Source: a plasmid. From it: a stretch of 64,000 nt of DNA. The stretch is from the sequence record NZ_CP040186.1, one strand, 5' to 3'. A program made the translations under genes and the position numbers. Under the pieces are notes generated by a model. It was not told where the DNA came from and searched no databases. It saw nothing but the letters and a program-made list of their open reading frames with translations. Positions within the stretch are counted from its first letter, which is position 1. Each line of letters opens with the position of its first letter. This document shows positions 31,606 to 41,130 of the stretch, one piece after another.

Positions 31606-32561
31606 TGAAAAAACAATTCACTCCATGGGATCTCGGAGCAACGCTGTACATGCCAGCGACCCGTATGGATCTTGCCGAAGTGGTGCTGGAAAGAAAAATA
31701 CCCGGTCTGCGGTCTCTGGTGGTCTGTCTTGAAGATGCCGTCAGCGAGCATGATGTACCTTTTGCGCTTCAGAATCTCTCACTGTTTTTGCAACGACTTA
31801 ATGACGCAAAATCTCTCCATGGAGACGACGAATGGCCGTTGGTCTTTATCCGCCCCCGTCATCCGGGCATGGGCCGGTGGCTGACCGCGAATATGGATCT
31901 GAGTGTCATTGATGGTTTTGTCCTGCCGAAGTTCACCCGTTCCGCGCTGCCGGTGTGGTGGGACATCATGTCCGATACCGGGTTGAGTATGATGCCGACA
32001 CTTGAAACCGAAGAAGTCTATGACGTTCTGAAAATGCAGGCACTGGCCTCCGAACTGTCGGACCATGCCTGCAGAGAGCGAATTATCGCACTGCGGATCG
32101 GGGGTAACGACCTGATGAACGTGGTCTCTCTGCGACGGCCACGGGATCTGACTCTTTATGACACGCCAATGGGCTATGTCATTAAAATGCTTGTCTCGGT
32201 ATTTGCCCCCCGTGATTTTGCGCTGACGGCTCCCGTATGCGAGCACATTGATGACCACGGGATTATGGCGCGTGAACTGGCGATGGATATCGCACACGGG
32301 CTGGTGGGGAAAACGGCAATTCACCCGGATCAGATCAGTGTGATTGAGGGAGCGCTGAAGGTATCTCCTGGCGAACATTCTGACGCATTGAGAATTCTGA
32401 ACTCCACACAGGCGGTCTTTAAATCTCAGGGAGCGATGTGCGAACCGGCGACACACCGGCGGTGGGCTCATGGGATCCTGGCCCGGGGTCAGGTATACGG
32501 ACTGACGACAGGACAGAACACGGACGGGATGAGGTTAATCCCGTTCTCTCAGCAGCAATAA
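31605..32561 (+). CDS. HpcH/HpaI aldolase / citrate-lyase beta (CitE)-like TIM-barrel enzyme
   Basis: CitE-like motifs (LEDAV..., KTAIHPDQI). ATGA overlap with the upstream gene. Confidence 0.6.
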   Translation: MKKQFTPWDLGATLYMPATRMDLAEVVLERKIPGLRSLVVCLEDAVSEHDVPFALQNLSLFLQRLNDAKSLHGDDEWPLVFIRPRHPGMGRWLTANMDLSVIDGFVLPKFTRSALPVWWDIMSDTGLSMMPTLETEEVYDVLKMQALASELSDHACRERIIALRIGGNDLMNVVSLRRPRDLTLYDTPMGYVIKMLVSVFAPRDFALTAPVCEHIDDHGIMARELAMDIAHGLVGKTAIHPDQISVIEGALKVSPGEHSDALRILNSTQAVFKSQGAMCEPATHRRWAHGILARGQVYGLTTGQNTDGMRLIPFSQQQ

Positions 32562-32570
32562 GGGAAGAAC

Positions 32571-33794
32571 ATGGGATTTAGATTCAGGAAGTCGATAAAC
32601 ATCATTCCCGGCGTCAGGATAAATCTGAGCAATGGAGCCCCCAGCCTGAGTGTTGGACCCCAGGGGGCGTCACTGTCTTTTGGTAAGCGCGGGACATATG
32701 CCAATCTGGGGCTGCCGGGCACCGGACTGAGTTATCGTACCCGAATTGACCGGACAGTACGGGAGCGTCAGAACAGCAGAACCCAGTCTAATCCGGGACT
32801 GAGGGAAGCGCTGGAGCCGGAAGTGGAAAGGCTGATGACCGCAATAACGGCTATTACCAATATTCATGAGCTTTCCCCTTCACCCGTTGACGGTAACACC
32901 TGGGCATCGCTTGAATCACATTATCTTCAGCTCCACCAGAGGACGTTCGATCGGCCCGCGCCCGTTCGTCCTTCCAAACCTGAATACAGCCCTCTCCCAT
33001 CCGCACCAGATGAACGTTACGGTCGAGGTTTTCTGGGGGGATGGTTCGAAACCGATGCGGCTCGCACTGAACGACAGAATGAGAACCAGCGACAGTGGCA
33101 ACTGGAAGTGGCGGACGTTGAGCGCGAAAACACACGGCTTAAACAACGGTATGAGAAACAACGTATAGCCTGGGCTGAGCAGTATGCAAACTGGCAGTTT
33201 GAAGCTCAGGAACATGAAAAAAACTCTGCTCTTACTGTTAGCGTTGCACGCGAGCAGTTCCGTTCGGATGCCCGTTTCTTTGAAGACTGCCTGGCAGAGG
33301 TGCTCTCACAAACGGAATGGCCGCGAGAAACGCTTGTGACGTTTGAAGTCAGGCCTGACGAGTCAATGGTCTGGCTTGATATTGATTTACCTGAGATTGA
33401 GGATATGCCTGATAAGGTATATTCCGTCAATGCAAGGGGAACGGATATCACTGAAAAAACGATGACACAGAAAGCAGTCCGGGAGAGTTATGCAAGACAC
33501 GTCCACGGTTGCCTGATGCGATTAGCGGCTATCGTATTTCAGACGCTTCCGTTTGAAACCGTCGTGCTTTCCGGCTTTACTCAGCGGATCAGCAAACAAA
33601 CGGGTTACCTTGAGGATGAGTACATTCTTTCCTGCCGTATAGACCGCCAAAATATGGAAAAAATTAACTACACGAACCTTGAAGACGTGGACCCGATAGC
33701 AGTACTGAGTGTTCAGACGCTTGTCCGGAAAATGAGCGCCACTTTCCTGTTTCAGGCCATCGATCCTTTTACGATAAATGCAGGCACCAGCTGA
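32571..33794 (+). CDS. Hypothetical protein with a DUF4236-like N-terminus and a coiled-coil middle region
   Basis: N-terminus MGFRFRKSINIIPGVRINLS; the central region is rich in Q/E/R. No enzymatic motif recognised. Confidence 0.45.
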   Translation: MGFRFRKSINIIPGVRINLSNGAPSLSVGPQGASLSFGKRGTYANLGLPGTGLSYRTRIDRTVRERQNSRTQSNPGLREALEPEVERLMTAITAITNIHELSPSPVDGNTWASLESHYLQLHQRTFDRPAPVRPSKPEYSPLPSAPDERYGRGFLGGWFETDAARTERQNENQRQWQLEVADVERENTRLKQRYEKQRIAWAEQYANWQFEAQEHEKNSALTVSVAREQFRSDARFFEDCLAEVLSQTEWPRETLVTFEVRPDESMVWLDIDLPEIEDMPDKVYSVNARGTDITEKTMTQKAVRESYARHVHGCLMRLAAIVFQTLPFETVVLSGFTQRISKQTGYLEDEYILSCRIDRQNMEKINYTNLEDVDPIAVLSVQTLVRKMSATFLFQAIDPFTINAGTS

Positions 33795-33796
33795 CT

Positions 33797-34270
33797 ATGC
33801 AACTAAATACCCGACAGGAACGAATTTATACTCTGGCAAACTTACTGGGTACGGGAAAGCCTGTTTCTGCGGTAAAAATCATCAGCATTCTTGACTGTTC
33901 GGAACCTACCCTCAGTCGCGCCCTGAAGGAGATTCGGGAGTCCTATGCGGCGGAAATCAAATACAGTAAAGCCAGCCATTCCTATCAGTTAATTTGTCCC
34001 GGCCAGCTCGATAAAAAAACATTGCGACGGATGAATGAAGCACTCACTCAAAATGCAGAACTGAAAGCGCAGGATATTTCGACAAAGGTGGTACTGGATA
34101 AAGATCTGAAGACGACCGTTTCTTTATCCATTCGACGCCGGGTACTCCGAAAAATTGACAAACTGGCGGAACTTACCGGCACGTCCCGAAGTGAGGCGGT
34201 AGAGACCCTCGCTGAAATGAAGGTCGAGGACTTTATTAAGGCAGTTCAGTTGAAAAATAAACCAGAATAA
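33797..34270 (+). CDS. terW: TerW-like winged-helix regulator
   Basis: 157 aa with an N-terminal HTH (SILDCSEPTLSRALKEIRE). Its position between the biosynthetic module and the vWA genes matches terW of ter loci. Confidence 0.5.
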   Translation: MQLNTRQERIYTLANLLGTGKPVSAVKIISILDCSEPTLSRALKEIRESYAAEIKYSKASHSYQLICPGQLDKKTLRRMNEALTQNAELKAQDISTKVVLDKDLKTTVSLSIRRRVLRKIDKLAELTGTSRSEAVETLAEMKVEDFIKAVQLKNKPE

Positions 34271-34590
34271 AAACATTCCCGGCAGAAAATCAATCTGGGG
34301 CTACCTGGAGAATGGGCCCCCTATATCAGAACTGGTTTAATCGACCTCCCTGGGATCACAGTCAGAAATTCTTTGCGTCTTCTTTACATCGCAGTGCAGC
34401 GTAAGCTCGACTTATTTACCGATCGAGGGGGGCTGAACAGACCCAACGTTATCTTCATCAAATCATATCATTTGGACGTTAACTATCAGATTTAGGGCTG
34501 GTATTCGTGATATACAAAAGCCTATAGTCAGAGAAAAAGCGGCCAGATGTGCCACTGTTCCCCCATTATTTACCGCAAGGAACATTGTTA

Positions 34591-35229
34591 ATGAGAAGAC
34601 TCCCCGTTTACCTGTTACTTGATACATCAGGTTCAATGCATGGTGAACCCATTGAGGCTGTTAAAAATGGCGTTCAGACACTGCTAACCACGTTAAAGCA
34701 GGACCCCTATGCTTTAGAAACGGCGTTTGTGTCGGTTATTACTTTCAATTCCTCAGCACACCAGGCCGTTCCTCTGACGGATCTGCTTAGTTTCAACCTG
34801 CCCTCTTTGACCGCGAGCGGAACCACAGCGCTGGGCGAAGCCTTATCTCTGATTGCGAATCGTATTGACTCAGAAGTCATGAAAACAACAGCAGATACAA
34901 AAGGTGACTGGCGACCGTTGGTGTTCCTGATGACTGATGGCGCTCCGACAGACGACTGGCGAAAAGGCCTTAACGATTTTAAAGCAGCAAGGAAAGGCAT
35001 CGTGGTAGCCTGCGCGGCGGGCCATGACGCGGACACGGGTGTGCTGAAAGAGATTACAGAAATCGTCCTTCAACTGGATACTGCTGACAGCTCTTCTATC
35101 AAAGCGTTCTTCAAATGGGTATCGGCGAGTGTTTCTGTAGGAAGTCAGAAAGTTGACGCGGGTAAGAAAGAGGTTATCGGTCTTGATGATTTACCTCCAC
35201 CACCGCCAGAAGTGAACGTGGTTTTATAA
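34591..35229 (+). CDS. terY: TerY-like vWA-domain protein (first copy)
   Basis: MIDAS motif LLLDTSGSM...TALG...MTDGAPTD. The Met at 34591 has an RBS. Confidence 0.8.
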   Translation: MRRLPVYLLLDTSGSMHGEPIEAVKNGVQTLLTTLKQDPYALETAFVSVITFNSSAHQAVPLTDLLSFNLPSLTASGTTALGEALSLIANRIDSEVMKTTADTKGDWRPLVFLMTDGAPTDDWRKGLNDFKAARKGIVVACAAGHDADTGVLKEITEIVLQLDTADSSSIKAFFKWVSASVSVGSQKVDAGKKEVIGLDDLPPPPPEVNVVL

Positions 35230-35253
35230 GATACTAATTTTAGGGGAGAGCCC

Positions 35254-35895
35254 ATGACAGTCAGCTTACGAAAAGGGCAAGGCGTTAGCCTGCGTAAAAA
35301 TGAGTTTGATCTTTCTTCGGTCACTATCGGTCTTGGCTGGGATATTAATGAAGAAAAAAAAGGTCTTCTCGGCGGGCTTTTCGGCAAAAAAGAGGAAGAG
35401 TATGACCTTGATGTCATCGCCTTCCTTTGCAACAACGAGGGAAAGGTTACTGATCTCGGAAATGTTGAAAACGGTAAACCCACGCTGGTTAATGGCGATA
35501 TTGTCTTCTTTAACAGTCTTCGCCATAAATCTGGGCAAATCTGGTTGACCGGCGATAACCGGACAGGGGCCGGAGACGGAGACGATGAGCAAATAATTGC
35601 AAAACTAAATAGCCTCGACCCGAAGTATGAAAAAATTGTATTCATTGTTCAAATCTACAACGGCGAAAAATTACAGCAGCACTTCGGTAAAGTACAGAAT
35701 GCATTTATCCGGGCGGTGGATGGAAGAAATGTCGAAATGGCCCGGTTCGACCTTTCAGGAGGCGCATCCTTTACCGGTCAGCGATCGATGGTCTTTGCAG
35801 AACTCGTTCGGGAACCAACCGGCTGGAAACTGAATGCGATCGGTGAGCCGTCAACCTCAGATTCCTTCGTCAGCCATCTGAGGAATTTTATCTAA
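35254..35895 (+). CDS. terX: TerX (TerD-family protein)
   Basis: TerD-domain motifs GDNRTGAGDGDDE and GWKLNAIGE. Confidence 0.8.
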   Translation: MTVSLRKGQGVSLRKNEFDLSSVTIGLGWDINEEKKGLLGGLFGKKEEEYDLDVIAFLCNNEGKVTDLGNVENGKPTLVNGDIVFFNSLRHKSGQIWLTGDNRTGAGDGDDEQIIAKLNSLDPKYEKIVFIVQIYNGEKLQQHFGKVQNAFIRAVDGRNVEMARFDLSGGASFTGQRSMVFAELVREPTGWKLNAIGEPSTSDSFVSHLRNFI

Positions 35896-36534
35896 ATGCG
35901 CAGACTACCTGTTTATCTGCTCATCGACACTTCGGGTTCGATGCGTGGCGAATCAATACATTCAGTGAATGTCGGTGTTCAGGCGATGCTGAGTGCCCTG
36001 CGACAGGACCCCTATGCCCTGGAAAGTGTCCATATCTCTATCATCACCTTTGATAATGAAGCACGGGAATATGTCCCTCTGACGGCACTGGCTGATTTTC
36101 AGTTTGTGGATATTCAGGTGCCCAGTGCGGGTGGGACATTTACGGGAGCTGCACTGGAGTGCCTGATGAGTTGTGTGGACCGGGACATTCACCGGTCCGA
36201 TGGTGAGCAAAAAGGTGACTGGCGACCGCTGGTCTTCCTGATGACCGATGGTACGCCTTCTGATGCATGGGCTTATGGTGAAGCCGTTAAAGAGGTTCAT
36301 CACCGTTCATTTGGTTCCATCATCGCCTGTGCTGTTGGTCCTAAAGCTGGGCATGAGCATCTTAAGCAACTGACTGACAAAGTTGTGGCACTGGAGACAC
36401 TGGATTCGACAGCCTTTTCAGGCTTTTTCAAATGGGTCAGCGCAAGTGTGGCATCAGGAAGTTCGAGTGCGGGGGTCAATACCTCCTCAGACACGCTTCC
36501 CCCTCCTCCACCTGAAATACAGCTGGTCCTTTAA
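35896..36534 (+). CDS. TerY-like vWA-domain protein (second copy)
   Basis: MIDAS motif LLIDTSGSM...MTDGTPSD. Its start abuts the terX stop. Confidence 0.8.
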   Translation: MRRLPVYLLIDTSGSMRGESIHSVNVGVQAMLSALRQDPYALESVHISIITFDNEAREYVPLTALADFQFVDIQVPSAGGTFTGAALECLMSCVDRDIHRSDGEQKGDWRPLVFLMTDGTPSDAWAYGEAVKEVHHRSFGSIIACAVGPKAGHEHLKQLTDKVVALETLDSTAFSGFFKWVSASVASGSSSAGVNTSSDTLPPPPPEIQLVL

Positions 36535-36628
36535 GTCCTTACCGGTATGGCAGGAGGACAACCTTGCCATACATCCTTTCAGTCCATCTAAGAAGTGGAC
36601 GTAATTTATGGCGTGATGGGAGTTTCTT

Positions 36629-37669
36629 ATGAGACGGCTTCCCGTATTCTTTGTTCTGGACTGTTCAGAGTCCATGATTGGTGAAAATCTGAAAAGGATG
36701 AATGATGGCTTACAGATGATCGTTAACGATCTGCGTAAGGACCCCCATGCACTCGAAATGGCCTGGATTTCGGTTATTGCATTTGCTGGTGTCGCCAGAA
36801 CTATTGTTCCTCTCCATGATATTGTGTCTTTTTATCCCCCTCGCCTTCCTGTTGGAGGAGGAACAAGCCTTGGGGCTGCGTTACGGGAACTTACGATACA
36901 AATAGATTCTCAGGTGCGTAAAACCAACCTTGAAGAAAAAGGGGACTGGAAACCTGTGGTTTACCTGCTCACCGATGGACGTCCTACCGATGATATTTCG
37001 GGTGAAGTAAAACGCTGGAATGATTATTACGCGAAAAAAGTGAACCTGATCGCGGTAGGTATGGGGAATTCGGTAGACCTTGGTGTGCTTCGCCAACTGA
37101 CTGAAAACGTTTTACTGTTTACGGAAAGCCAGGACGGAGATTTCACGCGTTTCATACAGTGGATCACTGCTTCCGTCACGGCCCACAGCAGAAGCGTAGG
37201 AGAAGATACTCAACCGCCACTGAAACAGACCGACTATATCGTCAAACTCGCCAAAGATGAAATCACCAGAGCTTACGATGGTAACTGCGTGGTTCTGACC
37301 GGACGTTGCAGCAAAACACGTCGACCCTATCTTATGAAGTATGAACGGCCACCGGCTAAGGTATCAGGGCTTGCCTTTGACCTAAACCTGAACACCTTCA
37401 ATATTACAGGCTGCTATCCGATCGATGAAGACTACTTCTCATGGTCGGATATGGCCGCATCTGGCGTTCAGGTTAATACCAGTGAACTCCATGGCGTTCC
37501 TGGATGCCCGCATTGTGGAAACAGTAGCGCTTTCGCGATGTGCAGCTGTGGGAAGCTTCTTTGTATCGATGGTCCGGATGATGTTATCCGCCCATGGTGC
37601 GAGAAAGGACAGTCCTTTCAGGACGACGGTGGTCATTCCGATTTCAACGTTAGCAGAGGACGCGGCTGA
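36629..37669 (+). CDS. vWA-domain protein with a C-terminal zinc-ribbon-like Cys cluster (third TerY-like copy)
   Basis: vWA MIDAS motif FVLDCSESM...LTDGRPTD, plus C-terminal CPHCGN...CSCGKLLC. Confidence 0.75.
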   Translation: MRRLPVFFVLDCSESMIGENLKRMNDGLQMIVNDLRKDPHALEMAWISVIAFAGVARTIVPLHDIVSFYPPRLPVGGGTSLGAALRELTIQIDSQVRKTNLEEKGDWKPVVYLLTDGRPTDDISGEVKRWNDYYAKKVNLIAVGMGNSVDLGVLRQLTENVLLFTESQDGDFTRFIQWITASVTAHSRSVGEDTQPPLKQTDYIVKLAKDEITRAYDGNCVVLTGRCSKTRRPYLMKYERPPAKVSGLAFDLNLNTFNITGCYPIDEDYFSWSDMAASGVQVNTSELHGVPGCPHCGNSSAFAMCSCGKLLCIDGPDDVIRPWCEKGQSFQDDGGHSDFNVSRGRG

Positions 37670-39435
37670 TGAGCGAATTGAGTACGCTGGAGCATAAAAT
37701 TGTCTCTCTTATTCTGGAAGAGTCAGCGGGAAAATCAGAACCTGAGGTCGCACTACAACTAAGCAACGACCCGGCCATTTGCAAGCTTATAAATGATTTA
37801 AGAGGCTGTGTGATAAACTTGGGGACCGGGGTAGCGTTATCTGACTCCAATGCTCATAAAGAGGTTGACGCCGCATACGTCAGCGAGCAGGTAAGCAGCT
37901 TAGTTCCATTCAGTGATGAACAATCCCCATCTCCCCTTCAGAACGATGTAAACCAAGACCACGAACATGATGCACAAATGGATGTTGTACAAATCAACCC
38001 AGAACCATCCAGGCATGAGATGAATGAACCTCCCGGACATGAGAATGCTGACACGACTAATCAGCAATCTTCAGTGCAGGCAGAATCAGCGATTGCTGAA
38101 GCACAACCGGCTTTGTCAACTGCATCAGAAGCAGAGATGTCGGGCATTACAGATAGTGACGATACATCGGAAACAGCTGAATCTCACAGTCAGTCTGAGG
38201 CGATCTTACTCAGACCAGGGGAAATACCCCACAAAAAGACTGAGGAGCGTTCTCCTGCCATCCAGAAAGCACCTGACGTGTCCATTATTCTTGCAAATGC
38301 CAGGGTCGGTGAATCTTTTGATGCACTGGTAGATATCATTACTGACAGTGGCGTTACGGCAGAAGTGACCGATATTCACTTTCCCCAGGATATCGGTCTG
38401 CTCTTTTGTAAAAACGAGAAGCGCCTAAAAGGAACACCAGCATTCAGCGGAAACTTTGATATGACAGTTAAATGGTCATGTCCCTCATATCCGGATAATG
38501 AAAAAAAGTTACTTTTTGTTGTCAATCCCGACCCAAAAAGCCTCTGGAAAGTGATTGATCCCCCTACCGACACTCCTTTTTTCAAAAAGAGTATCGATCA
38601 TCGGAATATCACCTCTCCAACTGTAAATATCGTTGCTGCAAGTCGACGTGGACGTTCCCATGAACATGCAGGTACCTTCCGCGACGATGATTTTTATATC
38701 AATGTCAGTGATGAATCCGGATGGAACGTGTTGCTGGTGGCAGACGGAGCAGGTAGTGCCCGATTTTCTCGTGAAGGCTCACGCATTGTGGCTGACACCG
38801 TTGGTAATTACCTTTTCAGCCAACTAAAAGCAGAAAAGGGTCATGAAATCAAAGACAGAGTGCTGCGCTGGAACAGCGAAGATCAGCGGGCTGTATGGGA
38901 TTTCATGAATCACCATTTCAGGCAAGCTGCGTTACTGGCTGTGCATAACATCAGCAGTGCAGCAATCATGGCCCAGGACAAAGTAAAGTCATTCTCAACA
39001 ACTTTGCTGGCGACCGTCACTTTTCGTGAGGGCTCTGAACTGTTTGCTGCGTCCTTCTGGCTTGGCGATGGCGCTATTGCTGCATATGGACCGGTCGGAA
39101 AGGTCAGGGTCCTGGGAGCCCCCGATAGTGGAGAATATGCCGGACAGACACGATTCCTTGACGCTGAGGCCGTCAGTGACACTGGATTCAGTAAACGCAT
39201 CAGTATAGGTAAGTGGAATGATGTCTCTCACCTTGTTCTGATGACTGATGGTGTATCCGACCCGTGGTTTGAGACAGACAACGGACTACAGAATCCGACG
39301 AAATGGGACACGTTAATGACAGAGCTGAATCCCCTTCTCTCTGTTCCTGATCTGGCCTCATCGCAGCTGGTGGAGTGGTTAAACTTTTTCTCCCCGGGTA
39401 ATCATGATGATCGGACAATCGTTGTTCTCTGGTGA
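37669..39435 (+). CDS. PP2C-family Ser/Thr phosphatase with a long acidic, low-complexity N-terminal region
   Basis: C-terminal PP2C motifs (LLVADGAGSARFS, LMTDGVSD). Start overlaps the upstream stop. Confidence 0.7.
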   Translation: MSELSTLEHKIVSLILEESAGKSEPEVALQLSNDPAICKLINDLRGCVINLGTGVALSDSNAHKEVDAAYVSEQVSSLVPFSDEQSPSPLQNDVNQDHEHDAQMDVVQINPEPSRHEMNEPPGHENADTTNQQSSVQAESAIAEAQPALSTASEAEMSGITDSDDTSETAESHSQSEAILLRPGEIPHKKTEERSPAIQKAPDVSIILANARVGESFDALVDIITDSGVTAEVTDIHFPQDIGLLFCKNEKRLKGTPAFSGNFDMTVKWSCPSYPDNEKKLLFVVNPDPKSLWKVIDPPTDTPFFKKSIDHRNITSPTVNIVAASRRGRSHEHAGTFRDDDFYINVSDESGWNVLLVADGAGSARFSREGSRIVADTVGNYLFSQLKAEKGHEIKDRVLRWNSEDQRAVWDFMNHHFRQAALLAVHNISSAAIMAQDKVKSFSTTLLATVTFREGSELFAASFWLGDGAIAAYGPVGKVRVLGAPDSGEYAGQTRFLDAEAVSDTGFSKRISIGKWNDVSHLVLMTDGVSDPWFETDNGLQNPTKWDTLMTELNPLLSVPDLASSQLVEWLNFFSPGNHDDRTIVVLW

Positions 39436-39462
39436 GCTTAATGGGACCACAGGTGGGTATTC

Positions 39463-40962
39463 ATGGCAAATATTGTTACATGTAAAACTAAGGATGGAAA
39501 AACCATTCAGTATGTCGATGAAGTCATCGGCTCAGGCTCAATGAAGGATGTATATTTTTCTCCAGATAAATCGTACGTTGTGGCCTTCTATCATAAGCCT
39601 CAGAACGATCAGGCCCGCGAACGTATTAATATGATAACGGGCAGATACCGGCAAAATATTTTCGAACAATCAGGAGGAGATTACTGGAAAGGTCTTTTTT
39701 GCTGGCCTACAGATGTTGTCGAGCACGGCGACAAGGTGGGGATTGTGGTGCCCTCCTATCAGCAGCACTTTTTTTTCCGGTATGGCTCCAAAAATAACGA
39801 TTTTCTCGGGATCAAAGGACGGGAAAAAGAAGGAAAATGGTTCGCCAGCGCCAACAATCAGAATAAGTTCCTCGATCCTCGTGAACGGGGCAATACTCTC
39901 AACTACCTCAAAGTTTGCTTACTGTTAACCCGGGCAGTCAGACGGATGCATGCTGCAGGACTGTGCCACAGTGACCTGAGCTATAAGAATGTCCTGATAG
40001 ACCCTGAACTGGGCCATGCGTGCATCATCGATGTTGACGGGTTGGTTGTACCTGGCAAATACCCCCCTGACGTGGTTGGCACACCAGATTTTATTGCCCC
40101 GGAAGTGGTGACAACAAGCCATCTGCCAAAAGATGACGCTAAGCGTGTACTGCCAAGCATAGCCACCGACCGGCATGCGCTTTCAGTACTGATTTATATG
40201 TATCTGCTTTTTCGTCATCCCTTACGGGGTGGAAAGATCCACGACATGGACGATGAGGTGCGGGATGAATCCCTTGCTATGGGGGAAAAGGCTCTGTTCA
40301 TCGAACATCCGACAGACCACAGCAACGGGGTTAAACTCAGCCAGGTCTCCTCATTTTCTCTTCCCTGGGCCGATCCTCAGAAAATCCCTTACACCGTCCT
40401 GGGACCTTATTTAACACCGCTATTCGACCGGGCATTTATTGACGGGCTGCATGATCCGTCAAAACGGCCGACAGCGGATGAATGGGAAACGGCCCTGGTA
40501 AAAACGGTCGATTTAGTTCAGCCTTGCCAGAATGATGCCTGTGAGCAGAAGTGGTACGTTTTTTCCGGCAAAACGAAACCGGCGTGTCCTTACTGTGGAA
40601 CGCCATACAAAGGTAAGCTTCCGATCCTGAATCTGTATTCATCCAGAAAAGCAGGGTCTTTCAGGCCTGATGACCACCGGCTAATGGTCTGGAGCGGGCA
40701 GTCTGTATATGCCTGGCATGTTAACCGGCTGGTTGCACCCAATGAAAGAACAACAGCTGACCAGAAAAAACGAGTGGGGTATTTCGTTTTCCATAATGAC
40801 CAGTGGTGGCTTGTAAACGAGGGAATACATGGGTTGATGTCTCTACCCGACCGCAGAGTGATAGCCATTGGTGATAAGCTCCGTCTGGATGACAACGCTC
40901 AGTTTATTCTTTCTGCTGAGGAAGGCGGGCGATTGGTGGTGGTTCAGCTTTTGGATAATTAG
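39463..40962 (+). CDS. Ser/Thr protein kinase (Hanks-type) with a C-terminal zinc ribbon
   Basis: Catalytic loop HSDLSYKNVLID, a DVDG (DFG-like) motif, and C-terminal CPYCGT. Confidence 0.75.
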   Translation: MANIVTCKTKDGKTIQYVDEVIGSGSMKDVYFSPDKSYVVAFYHKPQNDQARERINMITGRYRQNIFEQSGGDYWKGLFCWPTDVVEHGDKVGIVVPSYQQHFFFRYGSKNNDFLGIKGREKEGKWFASANNQNKFLDPRERGNTLNYLKVCLLLTRAVRRMHAAGLCHSDLSYKNVLIDPELGHACIIDVDGLVVPGKYPPDVVGTPDFIAPEVVTTSHLPKDDAKRVLPSIATDRHALSVLIYMYLLFRHPLRGGKIHDMDDEVRDESLAMGEKALFIEHPTDHSNGVKLSQVSSFSLPWADPQKIPYTVLGPYLTPLFDRAFIDGLHDPSKRPTADEWETALVKTVDLVQPCQNDACEQKWYVFSGKTKPACPYCGTPYKGKLPILNLYSSRKAGSFRPDDHRLMVWSGQSVYAWHVNRLVAPNERTTADQKKRVGYFVFHNDQWWLVNEGIHGLMSLPDRRVIAIGDKLRLDDNAQFILSAEEGGRLVVVQLLDN

Positions 40963-41013
40963 ATACGGTTTCTCTGTTTAATCCTGACCATTGATATCAT
41001 AACGTCAATATGA

Positions 41014-41031
41014 GCCCACCTTTAGGTGGGC
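41014..41031 (+). other. Perfect 7-bp stem-loop downstream of the kinase gene
   Basis: GCCCACC-TTTA-GGTGGGC with no following T tract. Confidence 0.3.
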
Positions 41032-41130
41032 CATAAATATCGCAGCCGAAACGGAATAATTGCGGCTATAAGGTTTTACTTCAGTGACGAATAAACCTGA
41101 TGACTCATTCTAAAATGTAAAGAGCATATT

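Noticed and set aside
31779-32471. 230-aa minus-strand ORF
   Set aside because: It is antisense to the well-supported HpcH/CitE-like gene and has Cys/Arg/His-rich low complexity. This is a shadow ORF.
35145-35645. 166-aa minus-strand ORF overlapping the terY and terX junction
   Set aside because: It is antisense to two strongly supported genes and has Ser/Pro/Phe-rich low complexity.
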